Shown piece after piece: positions 37,156 to 46,472 of a stretch of DNA of 64,000 nt. Numbering within the stretch: the stretch's first letter is position 1; each line of letters opens with the position of its first letter. Source of the DNA: Candidatus Paceibacter sp. (GTDB lineage Bacteria; Patescibacteriota; Minisyncoccia; UBA9983); NCBI GenBank assembly GCA_013360865.1, contig JABWAS010000004.1, positions 412 to 64,411 on the forward strand, given 5' to 3'. The notes under the pieces are model-generated. The model saw only the letters and a program-made list of their open reading frames with translations. It ran no database searches and was not told the origin of the DNA. The position numbers and the translations under genes were made by a program.

Positions 37156-38268
37156 ATGGACATTTCGCTCAAAGATTTGTCGTTTAAGAAACTGCTGGGC
37201 GGCTTGCAGGCGGCTTTGAAGGACAAACAAAGCGTGCTTGGCGTGGACATCGGCGGCTCGTCGGTGAAGGTGGTGCAGTTGAGAAAAGAGAAGGAGAGAG
37301 CGATTCTGGAAACTTACGGCGAAGTGGCGCTCGGCCCTTACGGCGGACTAAAAATCGGACAGAACATCAAACTGCCGGAAGACAAAATCGCCGAGGCGGT
37401 GCGGGACGTGGTCAAAGAGTCCAACGCCAAGGCCACCGCGGCCAAAGTGGCCATTCCGCTGCGCTCCAGCTTCGTCAAAATAATCACCCTGCCGGTCGCC
37501 GACGACAGCAACATTTCCGAAATAATCGCAATGGAGGCCAGGCGCCACATTCCCATTCCGGTTTCCGAAGTGGCGCTGGACTGGTGGGCGATACCCAAAA
37601 CCTCGGACAATAAAAATCAGGCCAAACCGACCAACTCCACCGAGGTGCTGCTGGTGGCCATCCACAACGACGTTATCAACGATTACAAAAACATCATCAA
37701 GAAAGCCGGACTGGAAGCCGCTTCCTATGAGATAGAGGCGTTCAGCGTGGTGCGCTCCGCCATCAGCCGCGGCAGTCCGACCATCGCCGTCGTGGACTTC
37801 GGTTCCGCTTCCACCAAAATGGCCGTGGTGGATTACGGTATCATCAAATCATCGCACTTGATAAACAAAGGCTCGCACGACATCACTTTGGCCATGGCCC
37901 AGTCTTTGGGCGTGGATTTCGCCAAAGCGGAGGAGATGAAAAAGGAGATAGGCCTTTCCGACTTGCCGGAACATCAGGAAATAGTGGACGTGATGAAGCC
38001 GATACTGGATTATATTTTCCATGAGATCGGCGTTTTCCTCAAAGATTTTCAGGCCAGGCACAACCGCTCGGTGAGCAAAATCATCTTTACCGGCGGCGGT
38101 TCTTTGTTGAAAGGATTGAGCGGCCACGGGGTGAAAAGGCTGACAGTGGAAGTGGAGGCGGCGGATCCGTTCGGCAAAACCGAACATCCGGTATTTTTGG
38201 ACAAAATCCTGAAAGAGATCGGGCCGAACTTTTCCGTGGCTACTGGTTTAGCGCTGGGGGAATTATAG
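37156..38268 (+). CDS. pilM: Type IV pilus assembly protein PilM
   Basis: 370 aa; actin-like ATPase fold LGVDIGGSSVKVVQL; begins T4P cluster. Confidence 0.85.
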   Translation: MDISLKDLSFKKLLGGLQAALKDKQSVLGVDIGGSSVKVVQLRKEKERAILETYGEVALGPYGGLKIGQNIKLPEDKIAEAVRDVVKESNAKATAAKVAIPLRSSFVKIITLPVADDSNISEIIAMEARRHIPIPVSEVALDWWAIPKTSDNKNQAKPTNSTEVLLVAIHNDVINDYKNIIKKAGLEAASYEIEAFSVVRSAISRGSPTIAVVDFGSASTKMAVVDYGIIKSSHLINKGSHDITLAMAQSLGVDFAKAEEMKKEIGLSDLPEHQEIVDVMKPILDYIFHEIGVFLKDFQARHNRSVSKIIFTGGGSLLKGLSGHGVKRLTVEVEAADPFGKTEHPVFLDKILKEIGPNFSVATGLALGEL

Positions 38269-38280
38269 CTTCGCCGAGAA

Positions 38281-38320
38281 CTTGGAAGCGAAACTTCCAA
38301 TTGGAAGTTTCGCTTCCAAG
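38281..38320. repeat. 40-bp perfect palindrome (CTTGGAAGCGAAACTTCCAA/TTGGAAGTTTCGCTTCCAAG); family member also at 56405..56449
   Basis: Second half is exact reverse complement of first; sits just after pilM stop; likely terminator-like hairpin/repeat family. Confidence 0.8.
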
Positions 38321-38419
38321 TTTCTTCCAAGTTTAAATTTCCAATTAAAAAATCATTTCACAGGGTAAATGTGGATAGCCCCTTTTTGCTTTAAAAATTT
38401 GACAGGTTAAAATATTGAT

Positions 38420-38986
38420 ATGGAAGACAAAATGTCTTTTATTCCGAAGAAGACCATCGGCCAGCCGGAACGCAGGCGCGCCGGCAGTCTTGGCTCCTTC
38501 ATTTTGCTCTCCGTATTTTTATCTTTAATCTCCGGCGCGTCCTGGGGCGCTTTGCTTATGTACAAGCAGGCGCTCGGCGACAATATTGAACAACTTGGCT
38601 CGTCGTTGAAGCGGCAGAGGGAATCTTTTGAAACGGAGACTTTAAGCGAGGTGGTGACTTTCTCCAAAAAAATAGAACTGGTCCGGAATCTGGCTGGCAA
38701 GCACGTGGCCGTTTCCGGCGTTTTTGATTTTCTGCAGGATTTTACCGTAAGGGAAATAACCTACGGCGATATGAGCCTGACCTTGTCGCCCGACGGCGGC
38801 CCGGCCTTGTCTTTGACCGGCGCGGCCAGCGGTTATCCGGCTTTGGCGGTCCAATCAGGCGTGTTTGAGAAGAACAGTTTCGTTAAAAGCTCCTCCTTTT
38901 CCAACCTGGCGGCCGATCCTCGCGGCGGGATAAAATTCAACCTTAAGCTCAACCTCAAACCGGAGGTTATAAAATACAACCCTTAA
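38420..38986 (+). CDS. PilN-like pilus assembly protein
   Basis: 188 aa; single N-terminal TM then periplasmic domain; position after pilM. Confidence 0.45.
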   Translation: MEDKMSFIPKKTIGQPERRRAGSLGSFILLSVFLSLISGASWGALLMYKQALGDNIEQLGSSLKRQRESFETETLSEVVTFSKKIELVRNLAGKHVAVSGVFDFLQDFTVREITYGDMSLTLSPDGGPALSLTGAASGYPALAVQSGVFEKNSFVKSSSFSNLAADPRGGIKFNLKLNLKPEVIKYNP

Positions 38987-38990
38987 TCAA

Positions 38991-39563
38991 ATGTTTAAGA
39001 TTATTGTTTCAATATTTTTCGTGGCCGCGGCGGTGATAATCTTTTTTACCAAAACGAAAACCGAGTTCGCCGAGGTGAAGCTGTTGCGCGCCAAAGAAGC
39101 TTCCTACAGCGGCGCCATGGAATCGTCCAAGAAAATAAAGCAGTCGGTGGATAAAATTTTGGGCGATTACAATCAGATTTCCGAAAACGAGCGAGAGAGA
39201 GTGGACAAGGCTATCCCATCCAAACCGGAGACGATGAAGCTGGCGGTTGATCTGGACGGCCTGGCGGCCAGAAGCGGCCTGACTTTGAAAAGCGTGGAGG
39301 TAAAGGACATGTCTGTTTCGGATTCCGGCGAAAATCAGGCCGCTGACCAGACGGGCTCCGTGCCGCGGGGCGCCGAGACTGTGTCTTTTACCGCCAAGCT
39401 TAGCGGTTCCTATGAGGCTTTTTATAGTTTCCTTAGAGATTTGGAAAAAAGTTTGCGCCTTACCGATTTAAAAAACGTCAAAGTCACCAGTTCTTCCGCG
39501 GGGGCTTTGGAGTTTTTGATTGAGGCGGACACATATCGGCAGGCGCCGGAGAGGGCAATTTAA
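38991..39563 (+). CDS. PilO-like pilus assembly protein
   Basis: 190 aa; N-terminal TM, coiled-coil then globular domain; synteny. Confidence 0.4.
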   Translation: MFKIIVSIFFVAAAVIIFFTKTKTEFAEVKLLRAKEASYSGAMESSKKIKQSVDKILGDYNQISENERERVDKAIPSKPETMKLAVDLDGLAARSGLTLKSVEVKDMSVSDSGENQAADQTGSVPRGAETVSFTAKLSGSYEAFYSFLRDLEKSLRLTDLKNVKVTSSSAGALEFLIEADTYRQAPERAI

Positions 39564-39571
39564 GCAAAAAC

Positions 39572-39889
39572 ATGAACAAAAGTTTTAAAATAATCGCTTT
39601 AATAATAATAATCTTTGGGGCTGGTGTAGCCTATTACTCCATGAAGAAGCCGCAGGGCCCGCCTTCAACGCTTACCGGCGTCGCCGGAGGCGGCGGCTTT
39701 GGCGGTCAATTTGGCGCGTCCGCGGCGCAGGACCCGCAAATCGCCGAGATTGTCGGGGTTTTAAACACGGTCAATGGAATCTCTCTGGACGCCGATTTTT
39801 TAAACGACCCGGTTTTCTCCGGCCTGATTGATTTTTCTACCTCTCTGCCGCCGGAAAACCTCGGCAAGAGCAATCCTTTCGCCCAATAG
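39572..39889 (+). CDS. Small Gly-rich membrane-anchored protein in pilus cluster (PilP-like?)
   Basis: 105 aa; N-terminal TM, GGGGFGGQFG stretch. Confidence 0.3.
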   Translation: MNKSFKIIALIIIIFGAGVAYYSMKKPQGPPSTLTGVAGGGGFGGQFGASAAQDPQIAEIVGVLNTVNGISLDADFLNDPVFSGLIDFSTSLPPENLGKSNPFAQ

Positions 39890-39933
39890 TCGGCGGGAGG
39901 ACTTTTCGGCATTGATTCTTATATATTTTAAAA

Positions 39934-41646
39934 ATGCGTTTTACTGATTTTTTAGTCAAAAAAGGAACGATCGGCTCCGAAAAACTGGCAGGTCTTTTAA
40001 CCAAATCTTCGGAAGAGGGAATTTCCATTGAGAAACTGCTGGAGGCCGAGGGTGTGCCGGAGGAAGAAATTTTGGCCGCCAAGGCGGAGCTTTCCGGTCT
40101 GCCCGTCCGCCGCATCCAGAAAGGCGACGTGCCTTACGAAATGCTTCGCAAGATTCCGGAGGAAGCCGCCCGTCATTATCGGTTTGTGCCGCTGGGGATG
40201 AAGGATGATTCTTTGGATGTGGGCATAGTGGACCCGTCCGACATTGAGGCTAGGGAGGCTTTGCAGTTCATCATTTCCAAAATGGACGTACCGCTTAAAC
40301 TTTTTCTCATTACGGAAGAGGATTTTGAGCTGGTGGTGGACGGCTACAAAGGTCTGGGCGGGGAAGTATCCAAGGCTTTGGGCGATCTGGAGATGGAGCT
40401 GGCCAGCGCCGGTTCGTCTTCGGAAGACGTTTCCAAGGCGATGATGAGCGCCGAGTCCAAGATAGTGGAAGAGGCGCCTATTACCAAAATAGTCGCCGTT
40501 ATTTTAAGGCACGCGATAGAAGGCAACGCTTCCGACATCCACATAGAGGCGACTAAAGACAAGCTCAAGGTGCGCTTCCGTGTGGATGGCAGCCTTTATA
40601 CCAGCATTGTCCTCCCGTTGAGCGTCCATGAGGCCGTCGTTTCCAGGATAAAAATATTATGCGATATGAAGATAGACGAGAAGAGGAAACCGCAGGACGG
40701 GCGTTTTGACGCCCGCATAGAGGGTAGGGAAATTGACTTCCGCGTTTCCACCTTCCCGTCTTTTTTCGGGGAAAAAGTGGTTATCCGTATTTTAGACAAA
40801 GAAAAAGGAGTTAAAACTCTTAAGGAGCTCGGCTTTTCCGATCCGCAGATGAAGATTGTCAAAGATATGATAGACAAACCGTACGGACTGATATTGCTTA
40901 CCGGTCCGACAGGTTCCGGAAAAACCACAACTTTGTACGCCATGTTGGAGGATCTGGACAGAGAGACGAACAACGTGGTCAGCCTTGAAGATCCGGTAGA
41001 GTACAACATTGAGAGCATGAGCCAGTCGCAGGTGCGGCCGGAAATAGGGTACGACTTCGCCAGCGGCTTGCGTTCCATTTTGCGCCAGGACCCGGACATC
41101 ATCATGGTCGGCGAGATAAGAGACAAGGAGACGGCTGGTTTGGCCATCCATGCCGCGCTTACCGGCCACCTGGTTTTCTCCACTTTGCACACCAACTCCG
41201 CCGCCGGCGTGGTGCCGAGACTGATTGATATGGGCGTGGACCCCTTTCTTATCGCGCCGACGCTTTTGATGGCCATCGGCCAGCGGCTGGTCCGAAGTTT
41301 GTGCTCCGATTCCCGCAACGAGGTGGCTTTGGACAGAGCGATGAAGGAGATGATAAACCACGAGATAAAAAACATGCCGGAAGAAGCAAGAGGCAAGTTC
41401 AAACTGCCGGAAAAAATCTACGAAGGGGCGATAAGCCCGACCTGCCCGAGAGGAACCAAAGGCAGAATCGGAGTTTTTGAGGTGCTTTATAAAACTCCGG
41501 AGCTGGAAAGCATAATTTTAAATAATCCGGTGGAGCCGGAAATAATGAAAGAAGCTCGCCGGCAGGGAATGCTCACCATGAAAGAAGACGGCCTTATGAA
41601 AATGTTAAACGGCGCGATAAGCTTTGAGGAGTTTATAAAATTATAA
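39934..41646 (+). CDS. pilB: Type IV pilus assembly ATPase PilB (GspE family)
   Basis: 570 aa; Walker A LLTGPTGSGKTTTLYA, Asp box, His box, tetracysteine-like C-terminal region. Confidence 0.9.
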   Translation: MRFTDFLVKKGTIGSEKLAGLLTKSSEEGISIEKLLEAEGVPEEEILAAKAELSGLPVRRIQKGDVPYEMLRKIPEEAARHYRFVPLGMKDDSLDVGIVDPSDIEAREALQFIISKMDVPLKLFLITEEDFELVVDGYKGLGGEVSKALGDLEMELASAGSSSEDVSKAMMSAESKIVEEAPITKIVAVILRHAIEGNASDIHIEATKDKLKVRFRVDGSLYTSIVLPLSVHEAVVSRIKILCDMKIDEKRKPQDGRFDARIEGREIDFRVSTFPSFFGEKVVIRILDKEKGVKTLKELGFSDPQMKIVKDMIDKPYGLILLTGPTGSGKTTTLYAMLEDLDRETNNVVSLEDPVEYNIESMSQSQVRPEIGYDFASGLRSILRQDPDIIMVGEIRDKETAGLAIHAALTGHLVFSTLHTNSAAGVVPRLIDMGVDPFLIAPTLLMAIGQRLVRSLCSDSRNEVALDRAMKEMINHEIKNMPEEARGKFKLPEKIYEGAISPTCPRGTKGRIGVFEVLYKTPELESIILNNPVEPEIMKEARRQGMLTMKEDGLMKMLNGAISFEEFIKL

Positions 41647-41707
41647 AGTTATAAACAGCGGCCGTTTCCCACATTCTGCCATCGGTGATATTATTAACAA
41701 CAGAGTT

Positions 41708-42118
41708 TTGAACATTATGGAAAAACGCAAAATTTTGATAATAGACGACGACGAATTCCTGCTGGAAATGTATGCCGCCAAATTTAAAGAAGAAGATTTT
41801 GAAGTGGAGATAGCCCGCAGCGCCAAGGACGCTTTGGCGAAAATCAAAAACGGCCTGGATCCGGGGCTGATTTTGCTGGACGTGGTTATGCCCGGCATGG
41901 ACGGGTTTGAATTTATGGAAAATTTGCGCAAGGAAAAACTGGCCGCCAAAAGCAAAATAATAGTTCTGTCCAATCTGGGGCAGAAAAACCAAACCGACAA
42001 AGCGATGGAGCTGGGCGCGGTTGACTTCGTGGTCAAGGCCTACTTCACCCCGTCGGAAGTGGTCAAAAAAGTTAATTCGCTCACGGGCGCCGCGATTAAG
42101 CAAAATAAAAATCAATGA
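41708..42118 (+). CDS. Response regulator receiver domain protein (CheY-like)
   Basis: 136 aa; ILIIDDDEF...LLDVVMPGMDGFEF...K; stand-alone REC between pilB and pilT. Confidence 0.8.
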   Translation: MNIMEKRKILIIDDDEFLLEMYAAKFKEEDFEVEIARSAKDALAKIKNGLDPGLILLDVVMPGMDGFEFMENLRKEKLAAKSKIIVLSNLGQKNQTDKAMELGAVDFVVKAYFTPSEVVKKVNSLTGAAIKQNKNQ

Positions 42119-43182
42119 AAGATTACAAAAAAGAATTAAAAGAGCTCATACTCGTCTGTATCAAAGAAGGCGCTTCCGATCTGCACTTAAGCGCCGGCCG
42201 GCACCCCACCATCCGCGTGGCCGGTTCGCTTCTGCCGCTGGTCAATATGCCGATTCTGACTCCGGAGGACACGCAGGGGCTGGTTTTCGCCATGCTGGGC
42301 GATGAGGACAAAAAAATACTGCTGGAGAAAAAGGAATGGGACTTTTCCTACGCTTATGAAGACAAGGTCCGTTTCCGGGTCAACGCCTTTTACCAGAGGG
42401 GGTTTATAGGAGCGGCTTTGAGGCTCATTTCGAATAGAATAATGAACCTGCAGGAGCTCAATTTGCCGGAAGTGCTTTACGATTTCGCCAAAAAAGAACA
42501 GGGTTTTTTCCTTGTGGTGGGGCCTATCGGCCACGGCAAATCAACCACCCTGGCGGCTATGGTAGACAGCATCAACCACACCGGCGCCGAGCACATTCTC
42601 ACCGTGGAAGACCCGATGGAATATCTTTACGTCCAAGATAAGTCCATCATAGACCAGCGGGAAGTGAGAAACGACACTCCCGACTTCCATACCGCGTTGC
42701 GTTCAATGTTCCGCCAGGACATCAATGTGGCCCTGATAGGAGAGATGCGCGACACGGAAACCATCTCCACGGCCGTCACTGCCGCCGAAACCGGACATTT
42801 GATTTTGTCTTCGCTTCACACCAACAACGCCGCCCAGACGGTGGACAGAATCATAGACTCTTTCCCCGCCAACCAGCAGAACCAGATAAGAGTCCAGCTG
42901 GCCAGCGTGCTCCTTGGCATATTTTCCCAGCGGCTTCTGCCAAGAATTTCCGGCGGCAGAATCCCCGCTTACGAGCTTCTGGTGGGCACTTCGGCCGTCA
43001 GAACTTTAATCCGGGAAGGCCGGACCCACGAAATAGATATGGTGATAGAAACCGGCTACGAGCAGGGAATGGTCAGCTTGAATCGCTCGCTGGCCGAGTT
43101 GGTGCGCCGGGGCGAGATAGCCATGAAGGACGCGCTGTCTCACTCGCTTAACCCAAGAGGCCTGGAGTCGTTCGTTGATTAA
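42115..43182 (+). CDS. pilT: Twitching motility ATPase PilT
   Basis: 355 aa; Walker A GPIGHGKSTT, PilT-type His box. Confidence 0.9.
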   Translation: MKDYKKELKELILVCIKEGASDLHLSAGRHPTIRVAGSLLPLVNMPILTPEDTQGLVFAMLGDEDKKILLEKKEWDFSYAYEDKVRFRVNAFYQRGFIGAALRLISNRIMNLQELNLPEVLYDFAKKEQGFFLVVGPIGHGKSTTLAAMVDSINHTGAEHILTVEDPMEYLYVQDKSIIDQREVRNDTPDFHTALRSMFRQDINVALIGEMRDTETISTAVTAAETGHLILSSLHTNNAAQTVDRIIDSFPANQQNQIRVQLASVLLGIFSQRLLPRISGGRIPAYELLVGTSAVRTLIREGRTHEIDMVIETGYEQGMVSLNRSLAELVRRGEIAMKDALSHSLNPRGLESFVD

Positions 43183-43196
43183 ATTGATTAAATAAA

Positions 43197-44414
43197 ATGC
43201 TTTACCAATACACAGCCGTAAACATGGAAGGCCAATCCAGCTCTGGAAGCATAGAAGCTTCCAGTATGGAAGTGGCCATAAACTCCCTGCAAAACAGGGG
43301 ACTCATCATCACCTTTATCAAGCCGACCAAAGAGAAAGGAGGATTATTTGGCGGACTTTCGGCCAGTTTCGGGTTCTTCAATCGCGTCAAACCTAGAGAC
43401 ATCGTTATTTTATCCCGCCAGTTGTCCACCCTTTTTGAGGCCAAAATATCAGTGCTGGATTCGCTCAGGTTGATGTCCGGACAGACTAAGAACCTGCGGC
43501 TTAAAAGCGTCCTGACGGAAATCGTGGAGGACATCAAAGGCGGCTCGCCGCTTTCCGCCTCCATGGGCAAGCACCCCGACGTGTTTTCCCCGTTTTACGC
43601 TAACATGGTCAAGTCCGGCGAGGAGTCCGGCAAGCTGGAAGAAATATTCCGCGCCCTGGCCGATCATTTGGAACGCTCCTACGAGCTCGCCAGTAAAACG
43701 AAAAACGCCCTCATTTATCCCGCGTTCGTCGTCATTACTTTTTTCATAGTTATGATTCTGATGCTCACTTTCGTCATACCCAAACTGACGGCGGTGCTGA
43801 TAGACAGCGGCCAGCAGATACCCATTTACACCAGAATACTCATCGGAGTCAGCGATTTCTTCAAGCAGTTTGGCGTGTTCATAATGATAGGGCTTATGGG
43901 CGGGGCGGCGTTTATGTGGCGCTATTCCAAAACTCCAAAGGGTAAAATGGCCATTTCCAGCCTTCAGACGACAATACCTTTCGTCGGCGGGCTTTACACC
44001 AAGTTTTACGTTTCCAGAATGACGGACAATATGGAAACGCTTCTTTCCGCCGGCGTGCCGGCCATCCGATCGCTCGAGATATCGGCCGACGTAGTGGGCA
44101 ACGAGGTATACAAGAAAATTCTTACCGACGCTTCGCTGGAAGTAAAAGGAGGCAAGTCCATCTCGGACTCATTTTCCCGCTACGAAGAAATACCGATGAT
44201 GGTGACGCAGATGGTCAAAATCGGGGAAGAAACGGGCAAACTGGACTTTATGCTCAAAACCTTGAGTAAATTCTACAAAAAGGAAGTGGACACCACCGTG
44301 GATACGCTGGTCAGCCTGATAGAGCCGGTGATGATAGTGTTTCTAGGCGGCGCCGTCGGCATCCTGCTTATTTCCATTCTCGGGCCGATTTATAATATGA
44401 CAGCGGCGTTTTGA
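43197..44414 (+). CDS. pilC: Type IV pilus platform protein PilC (GspF family)
   Basis: 405 aa; two GspF repeats, 3 TM segments. Confidence 0.85.
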   Translation: MLYQYTAVNMEGQSSSGSIEASSMEVAINSLQNRGLIITFIKPTKEKGGLFGGLSASFGFFNRVKPRDIVILSRQLSTLFEAKISVLDSLRLMSGQTKNLRLKSVLTEIVEDIKGGSPLSASMGKHPDVFSPFYANMVKSGEESGKLEEIFRALADHLERSYELASKTKNALIYPAFVVITFFIVMILMLTFVIPKLTAVLIDSGQQIPIYTRILIGVSDFFKQFGVFIMIGLMGGAAFMWRYSKTPKGKMAISSLQTTIPFVGGLYTKFYVSRMTDNMETLLSAGVPAIRSLEISADVVGNEVYKKILTDASLEVKGGKSISDSFSRYEEIPMMVTQMVKIGEETGKLDFMLKTLSKFYKKEVDTTVDTLVSLIEPVMIVFLGGAVGILLISILGPIYNMTAAF

Positions 44415-44470
44415 CCCTGTGAAATCCCGCAAAGCGGGAATTCCGCAAAAGGCGGAATTATTTCACAGGG
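44415..44470. repeat. Nested inverted repeats CCCTGTGAAAT...ATTTCACAGGG enclosing two hairpins (CCCGCAAAGCGGG; AATTCCGCAAAAGGCGGAATT); motif family also at 23684..23756 and 38355..38382
   Basis: Outer 11-bp arms exact reverse complements; same CCCTGTGAAAT/ATTTCACRGGG arms flank ftsA-ftsZ spacer and follow pilM. Confidence 0.75.
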
Positions 44471-44606
44471 TAAACTTATCCACACCCGCTTAATTGCTTG
44501 TTTTTGGCAATTTATTGTAAAATAACAGCAAATTAATATATTTTGGTCGATTTGATTTTTAATCAAACAAATATTAGTTTATCAATTTTAATTTATAAAA
44601 AACATT

Positions 44607-45131
44607 ATGATTAACAAAAAGAAAGGTTTTACCCTCATTGAATTGCTGGTCGTCATCGCCATCATCGGCATTCTTTCCTCCGTTGTTTTGGCTTCGTTAA
44701 ACAGCGCGAGAACGAAATCAAGGGACGCCAAGAGAATTTCTGACCTGAAACAAGTTCAGTTAGCATTGGAATATTATTTTGATGCTAACAGAACATATCC
44801 AACGACAGCCGCCCTTAGCAATACTGCTGGTACTTTTGGCACAGCTTTAAGCGCTGCACTGGTTACAACCGGCTATCTCCCAACAATTCCAGACGATCCA
44901 ATTTCAGCCACTTACGAATATTATTATCAGCCTGCTACGTTTAGCGGCGGAACATACACTGCTTGCAGCTCAGGTTGTACGTCTTATGTTCTTGGAGCGA
45001 GGCTTGAAGATGTAAATAATCCGGTGCTTACTTCTGATACTGATGTTACGGTTGGTACGGTTTTCTATGGCAACGCAGCGTCTTGTATTGCGAGCGGTGG
45101 AACAGAACAATGTTTCTCTGTCACTAATTAG
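44607..45131 (+). CDS. Type IV pilin
   Basis: 174 aa; class III signal KKGFTLIELLVVIAIIGILSSVVLASLNSAR (G|F cleavage, E+5). Confidence 0.75.
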   Translation: MINKKKGFTLIELLVVIAIIGILSSVVLASLNSARTKSRDAKRISDLKQVQLALEYYFDANRTYPTTAALSNTAGTFGTALSAALVTTGYLPTIPDDPISATYEYYYQPATFSGGTYTACSSGCTSYVLGARLEDVNNPVLTSDTDVTVGTVFYGNAASCIASGGTEQCFSVTN

Positions 45132-45174
45132 TTTGGTTTTATTTATTTTTAAATTTATTTTTAAAAACAATAAT

Positions 45175-45790
45175 CAACACAAAACCCTCCGGCAAATGCC
45201 GGAGGGTTTTGTGTTACCCCCATAAACCCCCAGCTTTAGCTGGGGTGTGCGTTTAAAGACGAAGTCCTTGTAATAAAATCACCTTAAGTCGATATTAACA
45301 ACCTAAGGTGATTTTTGCGTATGAACAAGCGATTGTATCAGCTGACCCACTCAACATGGATCTGCGATTATCACGTTGTCTGGTGTTCCAAATACCGTGG
45401 AAAAGTGTTGGAACCACCTTTTATTAAACAAGAGCTGAAAAGAATGTTCAAGTACATAGCCAAATGGAAAGGACTTGTAATCCAGCAGTGGCACATCGGA
45501 GACGAACACATCCATCTGTTTGTATCCATTCCGCCCAAATATTCCGTCGCCTACATAACCCAGGTAATGAAAGGAAAAACCTCAATGTGGCTGAAGAAAA
45601 AGACCAAGAAATTCCCGAAAGGAACGCTGTGGGCAAGAGGCTATTATGTTTCCACCATCGGCATTAACGAACACCAGATAAGAAACTACATCAAAAACCA
45701 GCAACACCACCAAGTGGAAATGCCCACGCTGTTTTAATCCGCCGAAGGCGGAAAGAAAGAAACCCCTAGTTTTAACTAGGGGTTTTCATT
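45175..45790 (+). mobile_element. IS200/IS605-family-like insertion sequence (tnpA only) with subterminal hairpins
   Basis: Left hairpins CACAAAACCCTCCGGC-aaat-GCCGGAGGGTTTTGTG (45175..45215), CCCCAGC-ttt-AGCTGGGG, ATCACCTTAAG..CCTAAGGTGAT; right hairpins CCGCCGAAGGCGG and AAACCCCTAGTTTTAACTAGGGGTTT. Confidence 0.7.
45315..45737 (+). CDS. tnpA: IS200-family Y1 (HUH) transposase TnpA
   Basis: 140 aa; HUH motif HIHLFVSIPP and catalytic Tyr region LWARGYYVSTIG. Confidence 0.85.
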   Translation: MRMNKRLYQLTHSTWICDYHVVWCSKYRGKVLEPPFIKQELKRMFKYIAKWKGLVIQQWHIGDEHIHLFVSIPPKYSVAYITQVMKGKTSMWLKKKTKKFPKGTLWARGYYVSTIGINEHQIRNYIKNQQHHQVEMPTLF

Positions 45791-45811
45791 GTGACAAACT
45801 CTTAATCTTGA

Positions 45812-46321
45812 TTACGGTTTCAAGTCATAACAAGCATCGGTGGTCGCCGTTGAACTTCCACAGTAGTCAACCCCGCCGCCATCAAAATCTGATCCTGTTC
45901 CTCCAGTACAAACCGTTCCGCCACCTTCATTGTCAATATCAGAATCAAAGATGGCGTTGCCGGTGTCTTCCAAAGTGGCGCCAATATGATAGCTGTCGCA
46001 CGGTGCGCCGCTTACATCACTGGAAATACCAGTGTACTGGTAAATGTAATTGCCGGAATTAAGCGGGTCCGCCGGGGTTGCCGGCATATAATTGCCGGTT
46101 ACCAAAGCCGCGAGGTCGGCCGGATACTCCTGGTTGTTGTCGTTATAGTACATATCAAGAGCTGTCCTTATTTGCTTTAAGTCGGCTATTCTTTTGACAT
46201 CTCTGGCTTTTACTCTGGCCGAGTTGAGGCTGGCCAAAACCACGCTGGAGAGTATGCCGATAATGGCAATGACAACCAAGAGCTCTATTAAAGTAAAACC
46301 CTTTTTAAACTGTTTTTTCAT
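45812..46321 (-). CDS. Type IV pilin (paralogue of 44607..45131, opposite orientation)
   Basis: 169 aa; N-terminus KKGFTLIELLVVIAIIGILSSVVLASLNSARVKARD nearly identical at protein level to the other pilin; nucleotide level diverged. Confidence 0.75.
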   Translation of the reverse strand: MKKQFKKGFTLIELLVVIAIIGILSSVVLASLNSARVKARDVKRIADLKQIRTALDMYYNDNNQEYPADLAALVTGNYMPATPADPLNSGNYIYQYTGISSDVSGAPCDSYHIGATLEDTGNAIFDSDIDNEGGGTVCTGGTGSDFDGGGVDYCGSSTATTDACYDLKP

Positions 46322-46426
46322 AAAATTATTTTTAATAATTGCGACCTTTAGTAAAATTTTTCAAAAAATTTTATGCTTTCAGTATAACAATGGCGTAAAA
46401 ATCATCAATTTCCTTATCCACATCAT

Positions 46427-46460
46427 CCCCTCATCGACGCCCCTCATCGACGTCGGACGG
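46427..46460. repeat. REP-like palindromic element (CCCCTCATCGACG x2 / CCTCATCGACGTCGGACG) flanking RAYT gene
   Basis: Family CCTCATCGACGTCGGACGTCGATGAGG also at 46593..46621, 47207..47237, 52623..52647 (variant), 57592..57631. Confidence 0.75.
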
Positions 46461-46472
46461 ATGATAGCTTAG

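Noticed and set aside
40596-42534. Minus-strand ORFs overlapping pilB, the response regulator and pilT
   Set aside because: They are antisense to well-supported pilB/RR/pilT and show no motifs. They are products of GC-rich codon third positions.
44607-46321. Recent inverted duplication of pilin genes allowing homologous inversion
   Set aside because: The protein N-termini are near-identical, but the nucleotide sequences have diverged (many synonymous differences). Recombination-mediated inversion is therefore unlikely.
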